A stretch of 64,000 bases of DNA from Isurus oxyrinchus (GCA_026770705.1 JANJGN010000088.1:620001-684000), one strand, 5' to 3'. Positions 50,200 through 63,439 are shown, numbered from the stretch's first letter. Notes: generated by a model from the sequence alone, not told the origin. Program-made: numbers and translations.

Positions 50200-53100
50200 T
50201 TAGAGTCAGCGAGGTCTACAGCACAGAAAAAGGCCCTTCAGCCCATTGAGTCTGCGCCGGTCAAACAAGTACCTAACCATTCTAATCCCATTTTCCAGCA
50301 CTAGGCCCATAGCCTTCTATGCCAGGGCATCGCAAGTACACACCCAAATACTTCTTAAATGTTATGAGGGTTTCTGCCTCTACCACCCTTTCAGGCAATG
50401 AGTTCCAGATTCCCACTACCCTCTGGGTGAAAAAAGTCTTCCTCACATCCCCTCTAAACCTCCTGCCCCTTACTTTAAATCTATGCCCCCTGGTTATTGA
50501 CCCCTCCACCAAGGGGAAAAGTTCCTTACTGTCTACCCTATCTAAGCCCCTCATCATTTTATACACCTCAATCATGTTACCCCCCTCAATCTCCTCTGCT
50601 CCAGGGAAAATAACCCCAGTCTATCCAATCTCTCCTCATAACTAAAACTCTCCAGCCCAGGCAACATCCTGGTAAATCTCCTCTGCTCTCTCTCTAGTGC
50701 AATCACATCCTTCCTACAATACGGATTCTAGAACTGCACGCAAGACTCGAGCTGTGGCCTAACCAGTGTTTTATCCAGTTCCAGCATAACATCCCTGTTC
50801 TTATATTCTCTGCCTTGGCTAATAAAGTAAAGGATCCCATATGCCTTCCTAACCACCTTATCTACCTGTCCCGCTACCTTAAGGGACCGTTGGACATGCA
50901 CAACCAGGTCCCTCTGATCCTCGGTACTTCCCAGGGTCCTACCATTCAATGGTACCATTTAATAAGATCTAACATTTCAATTGGCTATCAATGTTGACAT
51001 TTTCTATAAATACTGTACATTTCAGCTCCTTCTGTGCATAGTAAAAATATGCAGTTTACTACAAAATACTGGCACTAACACTTAAAACATTGCTTGCTAT
51101 ATGAATATACTTCCCGTGCCTTATTTGTCCTGCCCAAGTGCATCACCTCATACTTATCTGGATTAAAATCCATTTGCCACTAATCGGCCCATCTGACCAG
51201 CCCATCTGGAATCTAAAGTTATCCTCCTCACTATTTACCACCCCACCAATTTTCATGTTATCTGCGAACTTACTGATCAACACTCCTACATTCACGTCTA
51301 AATCGCTTATATACACCACAAACAGCAAGGGACCCAAGACCGTGGAACCCCACTGGACACAGGCATCCAGTCACAAAAACACCCCTTGACCATCACCCTC
51401 TGCTTCCGGCCACTCAACCAATTCTGGATCCAATTTGCCAAATTGCCTTGGATCCCATGGGCTCTTACCTTCGTTATCAGTCTCTCATGCAGGACCTTAT
51501 CAAAAGCCTTGCTGAGGTCTAAGTAGGCTATGTCAAATGCATTGTCATCATCTACACATCTGGTCACCTCTTTGAAAAATTCAGTCAAATTGGTCAGACA
51601 TGACCTCCCCTTAACAAAACCATTCTCTCTGCCCTTGATAATCGCTGCCTCTCCAAGTGTAGATTAATTCTGTCATTCAGAATTGCTTCCAATAGTTTCC
51701 CCACCACTGAGGTTAGACTGACTGGCCTGTAGTTCCCTGGTTTATGCCTGCCTCCCATCTTGAATAACAGTATCACATTGGCCGTCCTCCAGTCCTCTGA
51801 TACCTCTCCTGTGGCCAGGGAGTATTGAAAATTATTGCCAGCGCCCCTGCTATCTCCTCCCTTGCCTCACTCAACAGCCTAGGATACATTTCATCTGGGC
51901 CTGGAGAATTATCTACTTTTAAGCCTCCCTGGCCATTTAGAACGATGCTAATTTCTTTAATCATATCTCAGTCCTTCTGCCTGTTTTCCATACCCATGTC
52001 ATCCCTCTCACTTGTCAACATCAACACAAAGTATTCATTTAGAACCCTACCTATGTCTTCTGGCTCCACACACAAATTACCACTATGGGCCCTACTCTTT
52101 CCTAGTTATCATTTTACTCTTAATGTATTTGTAAAATAACTTTGGATTTTCCTTTATTTTAACCTGTCAATGTTTTCTCATGCCTCATTTTTGCTCTCCT
52201 AATTTCCTTTTTAAGTTCCCCCCTACACATTCTATACTCTAGGGCTTCTGTGTTTTGAGCCCTCGGTATCTGCCATAAGCCTCCCTTTTTCTCTTTATCC
52301 AATCCTGTATATCCTTCAACATCCAGAGTTCCCTGGATTTGTTGGTCCCACCCTTTATCTTTACTGGAATATGTTGGCCCTGTGCTCTCCCTATTTCTTT
52401 CTTGAATAAGTTCCACTGCTCTGAAGCAGATTTGCCTAAAAGTAGCTGCTCCCAGTCCACTCTGGCCAAATCATACCTGATCTTATTAAAATCGGTCTTC
52501 CCCCAATTTAGAATTATGATTTCTGGCCCCTCCTTGTCCTTTTCCATAAGAACCTTGAATCTAGCGGAGTTATGATCGCTATCTCCACCACTGATACCTC
52601 TACCACTTGCCCGGCTACATTCACTAAAATTAAGTCCAGGGCCGCCCCCTCTCTTGTTGAACCTTCTACATACTGGCTTAAAAAACTCTCCTGGATGCAT
52701 TTTAAGAATTCCGCTCCCTCTAAACCTATCACACTATGACTAACCCAGTTAATGTTGGGGAAGTTGAAATCCCTCACCATTACTTCTCTGAAATTTGCCT
52801 ACATATCTGCTCTCTCTCATATTTCTCTCTGACTGTTTGGGGGCCTATAACACACTCCCAGCAATGTGATTGTCTCTTTTTTGTTTTTAGGTTCTACACA
52901 TTTGGCTTCCTTAGAGGAGCCTTCTAAGATGTCATCCCTCCTTACTGCTGTAATTGATTCCTTGATCAATAATGCGATACCCATTCCTCTTTTACCTCCT
53001 TCCCTATCTCACCCGAAGACCCAACATCCTGGATTATTGAGCTGCCAATCCTGCCCCTCTCTCAACCATGATGTCTCTGTGACAGCAATGACATCATGCT

Positions 53101-53325
53101 TCCATGTGTCAATTTATGTCCTCAACTCATCTGCCTGATTCGTCAGACTCCTTGCATTAAAATAAATACCATCCAACCTTGCCAAACTCCGTTGTGCCTT
53201 AACTGGCCTATAATTTCTATGCCTTCCTGACCCACTTGCTCTCTCTTCTAATTTTGGCTGTGCATCTTTCCCTGCTGAACCTCCTCACAGGATCCCATCC
53301 CCCAGCCAAGTTAGTATAAACCCTC
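50200..53325 (-). mobile_element. Degenerate CR1 LINE ORF2 (endonuclease and RT) in the J-C intron
   Basis: Minus-strand motifs DFNFPNINW, SPGPDEMYPRLL, GNYRPVSLTS, YLDLSKAFDKV, ISKFADNMK and FFTQRVVGIWNSLP. Confidence 0.88.
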
Positions 53326-53399
53326 CCCATCATCTATGACATTGAGATACTGAATAAAACTCCCTCTGAACTGCCATGCTCCCTAGGATTGTACAATTT

Positions 53400-54180
53400 T
53401 AGTAAATCTCCCTCTAAACTGTCCCCATCAAACACTCCCAGGACAGGTACAGCACGGGGTTCGATATAGAGTAAAGCTCCCTCTACACTGTCCCCATCAA
53501 ACACTGCCAGGACAGGTACAGCACAGGGTTAGATATAGAGTAAATCTCCCTCTACACTGTCCCCATCAAACACTCCCAGGACAGGTACAGCATGGGGTTA
53601 GATATAGAGTAAAGCTCCCTCTACACTGTCCCCATCAAACACTCCCAGGACAGGTACAGCACGGGGTTAGATACAGAGTAAAGCTCCCTTTACACCGTCC
53701 CCATCAAACACTCCCAGGACAGGTACAGCACGGGGTTAGATATAGAGTAAAGCTCCCTCTACACTGTCCCAATCAAACACTCCCAGGACAGGTACAGCAC
53801 GGGGTTAGATACAGAGTAAAGCTCCCTCTACACCGTCCCCATCAAACACTCCCAGGACAGGTACAGCACGGGGTTAGATACAGAGTAAAGCTCCCTCTAC
53901 ACCGTCCCAATCAAACACTCCCAGGACAGGTACAGCACGGGGTTAGATACAGAGTAAAGCTCCCTCTACACCGTCCCCATCAAACACTCCCAGGACAGGT
54001 ACAGCACGGGGTTAGATACAGAGTAAAGCTCCCTCTACACCGTCCCCATCAAACACTCCCAGGACAGGTACAGCTCGTGGTTAGATACAGAGTAAAGCTC
54101 CCTCTACACCATCCCCATCAAACACTCCCAGGACAGGTACAGCTCGCGGTTAGATACAGTGTAAAGCTCCCTCTACACTG
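53400..54180. repeat. 69-bp minisatellite (~11 units) ending ~190 bp before CH1
   Basis: Directly visible; period of 69 (53581 to 53650). Confidence 0.95.
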
Positions 54181-54366
54181 ATTAACAAGGGAGTCAAAGG
54201 TGAAAGAGGGTAGACAGGAAAGTAGATTGAGGCTGCAATCAGATCAGCCATTATCAAATGGCAGAGCAGGACCAAAAGGGCCAAAAGGCCCACTCCTGCT
54301 CCTAGTTCGTATATTTGTATGTGTTTCTTTACTAGGCTTATCTGTGTGAAACTATTTATATTTCAG

Positions 54367-54681
54367 TTGCCCAGTCTGCACCATCGGTCTACATCCCCAA
54401 CCCTTCCTGTGGCATGGACAGGGACCAAGATGAGATCAGCTTCTTCTGCCTGGTCAAGGACTTTCATCCTAAGAGCATCACTCTGATATGGTCCAGTAAC
54501 AATGGGGTCATTACCACTGGAATTCAGACGTATGCGGCAGTCCAGGGGAATGATAAGAATTACATGATGAGCAGCGTGCTCAAAGTCTCTGCATCGGATT
54601 GGAATGCCAATACAGTCTACCACTGTAAGGCAGGTTACAAGTCAAATGAAATGGTAGAGCGTCAGATCACGAAACCTAAAG
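54367..54681 (+). CDS. IgW: IgW constant exon CH1
   Basis: Acceptor tttcag|. Peptide (V)[60 protein letters not shown]1-set Cys/Trp plus the N-terminal extra Cys typical of the light-chain bond. Donor G|GTTAG. Confidence 0.92.
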
Positions 54682-54869
54682 GTTAGTACAAGATATTATT
54701 TGTCATTTAAAACTGTACTGGTGTTGGGGTGGGTGATGATGAAATCGGACAAGAAAACATCAGCCACCAATGTAAGAGCTTGCTGCACAATAGAACCTGA
54801 TTGAATTCTTGGACCCATATATTTGATCCCTGCATGCCAGCAGTACTGCGGTAACAAAAGGAAGGACAT

Positions 54870-55720
54870 TAGGTCCCATCAGATTGTAAAATAGTGACTG
54901 TGATTCGTCTATTCAAGAAAGGAAGGAGACAGAAAGCAGAAAACTGCAGGCCAGTTTGTTTAAAATCTATTGTAGGGAAACTGCTGGAATCTGATATTAA
55001 ATAGTTATAGCAGGGCACTTAGAAAATCTCAATGCAATGAGGCAGAATCAACACGGCTTTGTGAAAGAGAAATCATGTTTAACTAATTTATTGGAGTTCT
55101 ATAAGTAAGTAACAAGCAACATCCTCAAATATTTACAATTTATATCAATGACTTGGATGAAGGGACCGAAGGTATAGTTCCTAAAATGGAATGTTGTTGC
55201 TTATTGCAATGCGAATGGAATAGAAAAGTAGGGGTGTTTTGCTACAGTTGTATGGGACATTGGTGGGACCACATCAAGGGTACAGTGTCCAGTTTTGGTC
55301 TTTAGGAAAGTGTTTAAATCATTAGAAGCAGTTCAAAGAAGGTTCACTCGACTGATACCTGGGAAGGGGGCGTTATCTCATGAGGATAGGTTGGACAGGC
55401 TGGGCCTGTATCCATTGGAGTTTAGAAAATTGAGAGGTGATCTCATTGAAACATATCAGATCCTGAGGGGACTTGACAGGGTGGATGCTGAAAGGACGTT
55501 TCCCCTTGTGGGAGAGACTTGATCTTGGGGGAACAGTTTAAAAGTAAGGGGTCTCCCATTTAAGATGGAGATGAGAAGAAATATTTTTCTCTCATAGTGT
55601 CGTGAATCTTTGGAACTCTCTTACCCAGAGAGCGGTGGAGTCAGGGACAATGAATATTTTTAAGGCAGATGAAGATAGATTCTTGACTAACAAGGGAGTC
55701 AAAGGTTACTGGGGGAATGT
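54870..55720 (+). mobile_element. Deleted CR1 LINE fragment in the CH1-CH2 intron
   Basis: Peptide LEAVQRRFTRLIPG..LGLYPLEFRKLRGDLIETY. Confidence 0.8.
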
Positions 55721-56117
55721 CAAGTCGAGATTAAATTTGTCCCCGTTATTATGGAGAATTGTAAATTCTGCCTGAAATCCCCAAAGTCTCAGTTTTATGA
55801 AGTGCTACCCTATTTGTGCCAATCTCAGACTGGTTATCGGCACTGTGAGATTGTCAGGTACCAGGAAGAAAAAGTTGAACGTGTGTAGTAAGAAACTCAG
55901 GATCTAAAATTTGAAAGGTTGAGCCCATTTGCCGGAATCTAGAACTGAAAGGATTAGCAAATATTTCAGGGGAGGGTCAGAGGGAACCCAGTCAAATTGA
56001 TGATGAATGGGAGTTGGCATCGTGACAGTTACTCGAGATGCTGAGGGAATAGAGTACATCTTTCCTGTGGCAAAACAACAGTGTAATCTGAAACATTGCA
56101 ATGTTTTACCTCTCCAG

Positions 56118-56426
56118 CGCCGATTGTCACCACCCTTGTTCCATCCGCGGAGTTTGTCTACAATCAAACTACCACTGTCCTGGGCTGTATGATATCCGGA
56201 TTTGATCCCGACAGCATAAAGGTTTCCTGGAAGAAAGGCCAGGAGAACAAAACGGGTGATGTTCTGCCTTCCCGACAAAGCACAGACACTACATTTGAAA
56301 CAGTCACTTACCTGACTGTTCCTGTGGCGGAATGGAAGAAAGGGGTTGAGTACGCCTGTGAAGTGTCCCACACACCTTCAAGATTCAATAAGACGATCAG
56401 CATGAGATACACGAGAAACGAAGGGG
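56118..56426 (+). CDS. IgW: IgW constant exon CH2
   Basis: Acceptor ctccag|. Peptide (A)PIVTTLVPSAEFVYNQTTTVLGCMISGFDPDSIKVSW..YLTVPVAEW..YACEVSH..RNEG. Donor G|GTAAG. Confidence 0.92.
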
Positions 56427-56494
56427 GTAAGTGGTGCCTGAGGGGGGAGAAATGAATATATCATCAGTAATGCAGACTGGTATTAACTTAAGAT

Positions 56495-56715
56495 AAAAGC
56501 AAAATACCGCGGATGCTGGGAAACTAAAAAAAAACAAAAATGTTGGAAAAACTCATCAGGTCTGACAGCATCTGTGGGGAGAGAAACAGAGTTAATGTTT
56601 CAAGTCTGTGTGGCCTTTTTTCAGAGTCATATTGGGCTCGAAATGTTAACTCAGTTTCTCTACCCACAGATGCTGTCAGACCTGCTGGGTTTTTTCCAGC
56701 ATTTTCTGTTTTTGA
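56495..56715. mobile_element. Palindromic short element (probably Penelope-derived); a half copy lies at ~37355-37455
   Basis: Imperfect inverted arms: caggtctgacagcatctgtgg..agagaaacagagttaa versus ttaactcagtttctct..ccacagatgctgtcagacctg. Confidence 0.55.
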
Positions 56716-57389
56716 CTTATTAACTTAACGTGTCAACGCCCACCCTCAATCTGTGAATTGCTGTCACTAATATCAACCCTGTTGGGAAAGGTGAATGTTC
56801 AGTATTTTGTGTTTTGTTATTGAAGCTACCCTTAAGGGGAGTAATTTTAACCTAACGCAGCAAGCAGTGAAACTGCTGGAATTGGGTCAGCTGCCTGTTT
56901 ACACCCTCATTCAATGTAACTCTCTGTGACTAGAAATGAAAATGGGACAGGCTGTGAAATGATCCATCTGATACCAACCTATCTAATACCATCCACAGTT
57001 GAAATTGCTTCCTAACTTTTCCTTTTCTACTCCCTCCCAAGTGCTGTATTAAGAAAGAAATCTTTCCAATTTTGCATTTGAAGGAATTGCATGGATCTGC
57101 TTCACCATCTCCTGAACCTGTTCCAGAGATTGATCAATCTATTGCTGCATTAATTTTGAATCGAATCCCCCACCCTTCCCCCTTCAAGCACAAGTCATTT
57201 CTCCTGATCTTCCTATTCTGGACAAGGTGAACCAGCTTTTCATTGTCCACCTGATCAGGTTCCTTTAGGATCCTAGAAAGACAGGACTGAGCAGAGTTTT
57301 GAGGCCATGTGGAGTTCCCACTTACCCAGCACAAGAGTAGGGGAGGTGAAAATGTATAACACTTAAATCTGCAACTCTTCCGGTTCCAG

Positions 57390-57541
57390 GTGGAAACGCA
57401 TGTCGTCCAGTTCCATGTTCTCCTTGTTCTTGTTCTGACTGTATGCCGAAGTTTCTCTACCAGACTAACCTCAATGTGACCCTCAAAAATGGTGATCAGC
57501 TCCAATATGACTGCTACCAACAAAAATGTGAAATAAAGTGA
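57390..57541 (+). CDS. IgW: IgW Cys-rich secretory tail exon Sec1 (follows CH2)
   Basis: Phase-1 acceptor ttccag|. Reads (G)GNACRPVPCSPCSCSDCMPKFLYQTNLNVTLKNGDQLQYDCYQQKCEIK*, with 7 Cys and an NVT sequon. AATAAA at 57532-57537, with others at 58302 and 58314. Not in the ORF track. Confidence 0.85.
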
Positions 57542-60166
57542 TGAGTTTGTGAATGGAATTGGCCGTTGAATTTTATTACAAACCATCTGGCAGGTTCAAA
57601 TCTATCCCAGGGTATCCGTCAGAATGAAAGTGTGAATACTGCGAGAAGTTACAGCCCTAATTTGGGTTCCACCAGACAACCCACTCCTTATCTGAATGGT
57701 CATTTCTTTGTGACCTGCGCTGGGTCAGAGTGAATAGGAACCCGACCCCACCGATTGACCGTTGTCTCTCAAGTCTGACTCAAGTTGGAAAGGATTAGAA
57801 GCCTGTTTGTCACCCAGAGAGGCCAGGAGGTTGGGAGGTGCTGGAGTGGGACTCATTGATCCAGTGAAATAGCCAGATTGGCCCCCTTCAATGATCCTGA
57901 GGCAAGTTGGTGATTCAGCACACAAGGATTTAACTGGTGCCCTGAATGGCCTGGTCTGTTTTAGATGAAATTCTGGGTTGCAGAAATAGAAACAGTTCCC
58001 ATCACTCTCCCAATCTGGATACTCATCTCAGTCAATGTCAGGAGCTCAATGTTCACAGGAATCCAAGTCTGGGAAGTGTTTTTTCAAAATTCCGCACAAA
58101 GGGTAAATGGAATTAAACACCTCTTGCCCAATAATGTTATTATTTTACAGTGATAAGAGGATTGTTCCCAACCCTATGAGGTTTTATGATGGGAGATCAA
58201 CGTGAAAAACACCTAGACTTAATCATTAATATATTGAGCAATCCCAATCTGGAAGGAAATTGATCAAGGTTTTGTTTAAAAGGCAAGAGAGAGAGAAACA
58301 GAATAAATAACCTAATAAAAGACACAGTCCTATTAGACAGACACTGAACATCAGCTGAAACTGCAGCCGGAAGAGTCAATATGTGGTGTTCATGACAGGT
58401 TTTGATATGGACACAGATGGAGTAATCCAGTCACTCTGTAAGTGTTAACATTACATCGAGAGAGAACAATTAGTGTGGATCAAAGCAGTTGTGATTCACG
58501 CAGTGAATGTGTGTGTGCATGTGCGTGTCTGTGTGTATATGCGTGTGTGTCTGTGTTAACAGTATACAGAACACGCAGTGAGCTGCGGGATATCTGAAGA
58601 GATTGCGATCCGTGGGAGTTGAGCACAAAGGAGAAAATGTGAAGAATTCAATCAATCATTCCCTTCCCAGGCCAGTAAACTCCGGAATGAAATGAGGGGG
58701 AAGTCCGTGTTATGCAGAAATGATCCCCAACCTGCAGGAAGAGGAGACTTCTGTTACTCCCCTGATTCATGGGAGTTGCTCTTCCAATGCAAACTAACCT
58801 TCTTTGACAGGGAATGATCACCAATGATAACTTGAATTGATATAGAGACTTTAATGTAGTAAAACATCCCAAGGTGCTTCACAGGACCAAAGCCAAAGCA
58901 AAACTGATGCTGAGCCTCCAGGAGGAGATCTTGTGGCCAAAATCTTGGCAAAATAGAGAGGTTTTAAGCAGCATCTCAAATGAGGAGAGAGGTGGCAGGT
59001 GGCTGAGGTTTAGGCAGTGAATTCCAGGCATTAGGGCCTAGACGGCTGAAGACACAGCCAACAATGCAGGGGGAAAGGAAGATAAGGATGTACAAGTGTC
59101 TAGAGTTGTGCAGAGTTTCTGGGCGGCTGTAGAGCTGGAGAAGATTACAGAGATAGGGAGAGGTGAAGCCGTGAACATTAGGATAAGAATTTTAAAACTG
59201 ATGTGATCCAGGCCGGCTCCAATGAGAGGAAGAAAAGTAAAGAAAGGCTCACATTTACATGTCATCTTTCGTGACCACAGGACATGCCAAAATGCCTCAC
59301 AGTGAATGAAGTACTTTTGAAGTGCAGCCACTGTTGCAAAGTTGGAAACACAGCAGCCAATTTACACACAGCAAGTTCCCACAAAGAGTAATGTGACAAT
59401 AACCAGGGATCCTGTTTTTGTGATGTTGAGTGAGGGATATATACTGATCAGGGTATTGGAACGAGCTTCCCTGATGTCCTTCTTTTACGCCTACCTAAGG
59501 CGGCATTTGGCGCCTCATTTTCAATTCTCATCCAAAAGGCAGTGCTCCGACAGTGCAGCACTCCCTCAGTATTGCACTGGGGCATCAACTTTGAGTTTTG
59601 TGGAACATGAATCCACAACGTTCTGATTCGGAGGTGAGCGTGCTACCAACTGAGCCGCAGCTAAAAGAAATGGGCCCTTCGTTCATTCAGTGTGCTCAAT
59701 GTCAAAAATCATTCCACAGCCCCACGCAGTGAAAAAGCATTTACTGAATTGTTCCTTTTGCTAAGCAGTTTGTATCTCTGTTTCACTCCATTTCACAAAC
59801 CAGAGATTGCATTGTTAGTAACATTGTCGCATCTAAAAGCCACTCACCCCACAACTCAACTGCAGTCCTCACTGTGGATCTCTTGGTCACGGTAAGGGCA
59901 GACAGATTCAAAAGGGATCCAGTGGGTTCTTGGTTGTCCTACGATGTTTTCTCAGTCAAAACTTGCAAACTGAGAATTGCAAGACATTTTTTAAACAACC
60001 CTGGGATTTTCTAATGTTCAACTTGTTAAAATATTTAGGTGCAGTGTCGCATGATCGATTAGCAGCTCCAGGTGAAACACATTCGACTGGATCCCTATTG
60101 AAGGCCACAAGTGGCTGATACTAATTAATGCCCGTTCTTCTGATTTGTATAATTTCCCCTTCCCAG

Positions 60167-60469
60167 AAATATCTGTCTTTATCCAAAGTCCACTTATGGA
60201 AGAGGTTTGGATCAACAAGACAGCTACCCTGGTGTGTACAGTGGTCTGTTCAGATCCGAGCCAGGTCCGCATCACCTGGAACATGAACGGGCAGAAACGA
60301 AGTAAAGGGGTTTCAACCCAGCGACAGAGAGAGGAAGGAACACAATACATCGTCACCAGCCGACTCCAAACCACTGCGGAGGAATGGGACAGCGGGGTGG
60401 AATTCGTGTGCTCTGCTGAAAGTGGTTCCTCATCCTCCCCCATTTCAAAACGGGTAAAGAGTGTAAAAG
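60167..60469 (+). CDS. IgW: IgW constant exon CH3
   Basis: Acceptor tcccag|. Peptide EISVFIQSPLMEEVWINKTATLVCTVVCSD..ITW..VTSRL..EEW..FVCSAE. Donor G|GTGGG. Confidence 0.92.
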
Positions 60470-60559
60470 GTGGGTGAGAGATCAGAAATTACATAACTAA
60501 CTTTGTTCACTTTCAGGGAAGGAATTTAACAGCTTCTTTGTTTTGCCTGTTTATTCCAG

Positions 60560-60877
60560 TCGAGCCAAGAAGTCCCAAGGTCAGGCTGCTGCCTCCACCA
60601 GCCCAAGAGGTCAAGAATCAGAGCACAGCCACACTCGAGTGTGTGATCACTGGATTCTACCCGGAGCTCTTACACGTCTCCTGGCAGAAAGATGGTGTTC
60701 CGATCTCCTCCAACACCCACGCTGGACTCACCGCTCTGGAACAGGCAGGGACTTTCAATGTCAGGCACTACCTGACTGTGAGTGCAGAGGAGTGGAGGAC
60801 AGGATCAGCCTTCAGCTGTACAGTGTCTCATCCACTTTCCAACTTCGTCATCAGCAAGGAGGTGAAGAATGTCCCAG
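60560..60877 (+). CDS. IgW: IgW constant exon CH4
   Basis: Acceptor ttccag|. Peptide VEPRSPKVRLLPP..ATLECVITGFYPE..VSW..YLTVSAEEW..FSCTVSH. Donor G|GTAAG. Confidence 0.92.
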
Positions 60878-61256
60878 GTAAGGTCCTGGGCCTGATTCCA
60901 ATCTTGACATTATGGTCTTCTCATTTAAATTCTCTTGGGGCCAGGCAAATTCAAACCTCACAACGTAGGTGTGGTGATATAGTTATTACCTAGGTGGACG
61001 AGTAATCTAGAGGCCAAGTAAAGAAAGAACGATTGTTCATCCTGCCCCCTTCAAACAGAGGCCATACCCACTGATTTTACTGTTCTGGACAAGGTAAAAA
61101 CAGCTTGTCAGTGTCTACATGATCTAGTTCTTTTAGGATCTTTAGAAGACAGGACAGAGCAGAGGCCAGGGGCTGCATGGAGCTCCCACTTCCCCAGTAG
61201 AGGGGAGGGGAGGTGAAAATGCATAACACTTAAATCCGCAGCTCTTCCAGTTCTAG

Positions 61257-61429
61257 GTGGAAACACAAATCTTCCTGTTCCGGGTGGAAATGCTGCTTGC
61301 TCTTGTCTGACTGATTCTTGTTCTGGCTGTATGCTGAGGTTCCTATATCAGATTAACTGTAACATGACCTTCTCTGATGCTGATCCATGCCAGTATAAAT
61401 GTTGTCAACAAATGTGTGAAATTCGGTGA
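61257..61429 (+). CDS. IgW: IgW Cys-rich secretory tail exon Sec2 (follows CH4)
   Basis: Phase-1 acceptor ttctag|. Reads (G)GNTNLPVPGGNAACSCLTDSCSGCMLRFLYQINCNMTFSDADPCQYKCCQQMCEIR*, with 9 Cys and an NMT sequon. Clear paralogue of Sec1. Not in the ORF track. Confidence 0.8.
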
Positions 61430-63136
61430 TGGGCTGGTTGTGAATTGAATCGCGTTGAGCCAGTAAAAGAAGGCTGTCCCATTTCAATGATGCTGGTCCT
61501 GAGGCAAACCGCTGAGACCGGCTGCAGGGTTCCATCTGGCTCCTGTACAATCCGGTAGGTTCTAGATGGGAATCCATGGCAGCAGAAGTGATAAACTCTT
61601 CCGTTCACCCATCTCAAGTTAATGAAAGATAGGGTCTTGTCAGACACTGGCCGGGATTTTCTGGCTCCGCTGCAGTGGGTCCCTCTGCAGCAGATGTGGC
61701 GAGCCACCCAAATGGCCATTGGAAAATCCCACCACCCTGTGTACAGGACATCATCTGAAACTGCAGCCGGAGGAGTTGGTTCTCGAAGCTCATGAAAGGA
61801 TTTGATCCTGATGCAGTAATTGTCATCCTTCCCATCACACCCAAGTGTGTACTGTTCATTATATAGAGGGAGAAGAGTTGTGATTCGCACAGTGAATGTG
61901 TGTTTGTGCGCGTGAATAGTGTTCAGAACACGCAGTGAGCTGCGGGATATCTGAAGTGACAATGGTCTTTTGGGAAACTGCTGGCAATGGGGAAAACGTA
62001 TGAAGTACTCGGTAAAACATTTGCTTTTTATCTAGTCTCTTGGACATGAAACTGGAGATGGGATTGCATAAATTATCCCCGAGCTCCAGCAAAGGGGCCC
62101 TTCTGTCACTACATCTTATTTGTGGCTTGCTCTGCCACTGCAAACTAATCATCTTTCTTCACAGAGACTTATCTACAATAACCTGCTTTTATATATCACC
62201 TTTAGTGTGGACAGAGGTCTAAAGTTCTGCATTGGAGAGTAATCGGACAGAAATTGATAAAGAACCAAAGGAGGAGGCGGGGGGAGAGGTCGTTTTTATG
62301 GAGCGTCTTAAAGGAGGAGAGAGGGTTGGCCATGTAATTGTGATTCAGGGATAGACTTACACAGAGCAGGGTCTAGATGGCTGATGGACAGCTGCTACTG
62401 TTAGGGCGAAGGGAGTGTGGGGTGTACAAGAGGTTAATGTTGGTGGAAAGCAGCATTTTCAGATGGTTATTGGGCTGGCAAATGTGACAGAGATTTGGAG
62501 AGGCAAGGCCAGAGAGATGTCAACACCTAGGATAAGAATTTTGAAATGGAGGCAATCCGAGGCTGTCTCCAAAAAGGGCACCTCATTGATTCAATCTGCT
62601 CAGTGTCACAAATCAACCATACAACAGCGGGGAGGTGGAGGGGCTGTAAGTAAATAAGCCTTTATTCAATTGTTTCCATTGCTAAGCGATCTGCATCTGC
62701 CTCACTCCATTTAACAAACTGAGCTTTGCAATTAATTCACAGCGTCACATCTAAATGTTGCTCAGTCCTAGAATGCAATTGCACTCCTCACTGTGGGCCT
62801 ATTGGTCACAGGCACAGCAAACAAATTCAAAATGGATACGGCAGGTTCTTAGTGCTCTGATTATGTTTTCTCAATCATAACATGCGAGTCAAGAATTGCT
62901 AGACATTGCTAAAGCGACCCTTGGATTTTCTAAAGGCTCAGTTTGCTGCAAACTTAAATGCTGTGTATTTCACCCAGTATCAACTCAAGAGATTAAAACA
63001 GGTGGCAGTTTAAAGTCACTTCTGTGTTGACCTATCATCCACCAACATCAGTAGGGAGAGACCACCCTAAAATTCTGAAGCCTGCCAACACCAAATAATG
63101 TCAATCCTTCTGAAGTTTTCACTTTCCGCTTCCCAG

Positions 63137-63439
63137 AAATGTCAGTTTTTATCCAAAATCCTTCTGTTGAAGAGGTTTGGATCAACAAGACTGCTACCCT
63201 GGTGTGTACAGTGGTCTGTTCAGATCCGAGCCAAGTCTGCATCACATGGAACATGAACGGGCAGGAGCGAAGTAAAGGGGTTTCAACCCAGCGACAGAGA
63301 GAGGAAGGAACACAATACATCGTCACCAGCCGACTCCGAACCACTGCAGAGGAATGGGACAGCGGGGTGGAGTTCGTGTGCTCTGCTCAAAGTGGTTCCT
63401 CATCCTCACCCATTTCAAAACGGGCAAAAAGTGTAAAAG
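63137..63439 (+). CDS. IgW: IgW constant exon 5 (CH3', duplicate of CH3)
   Basis: Same splice sites and length (303 nt) as CH3; 9 amino-acid differences by eye. Confidence 0.92.
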
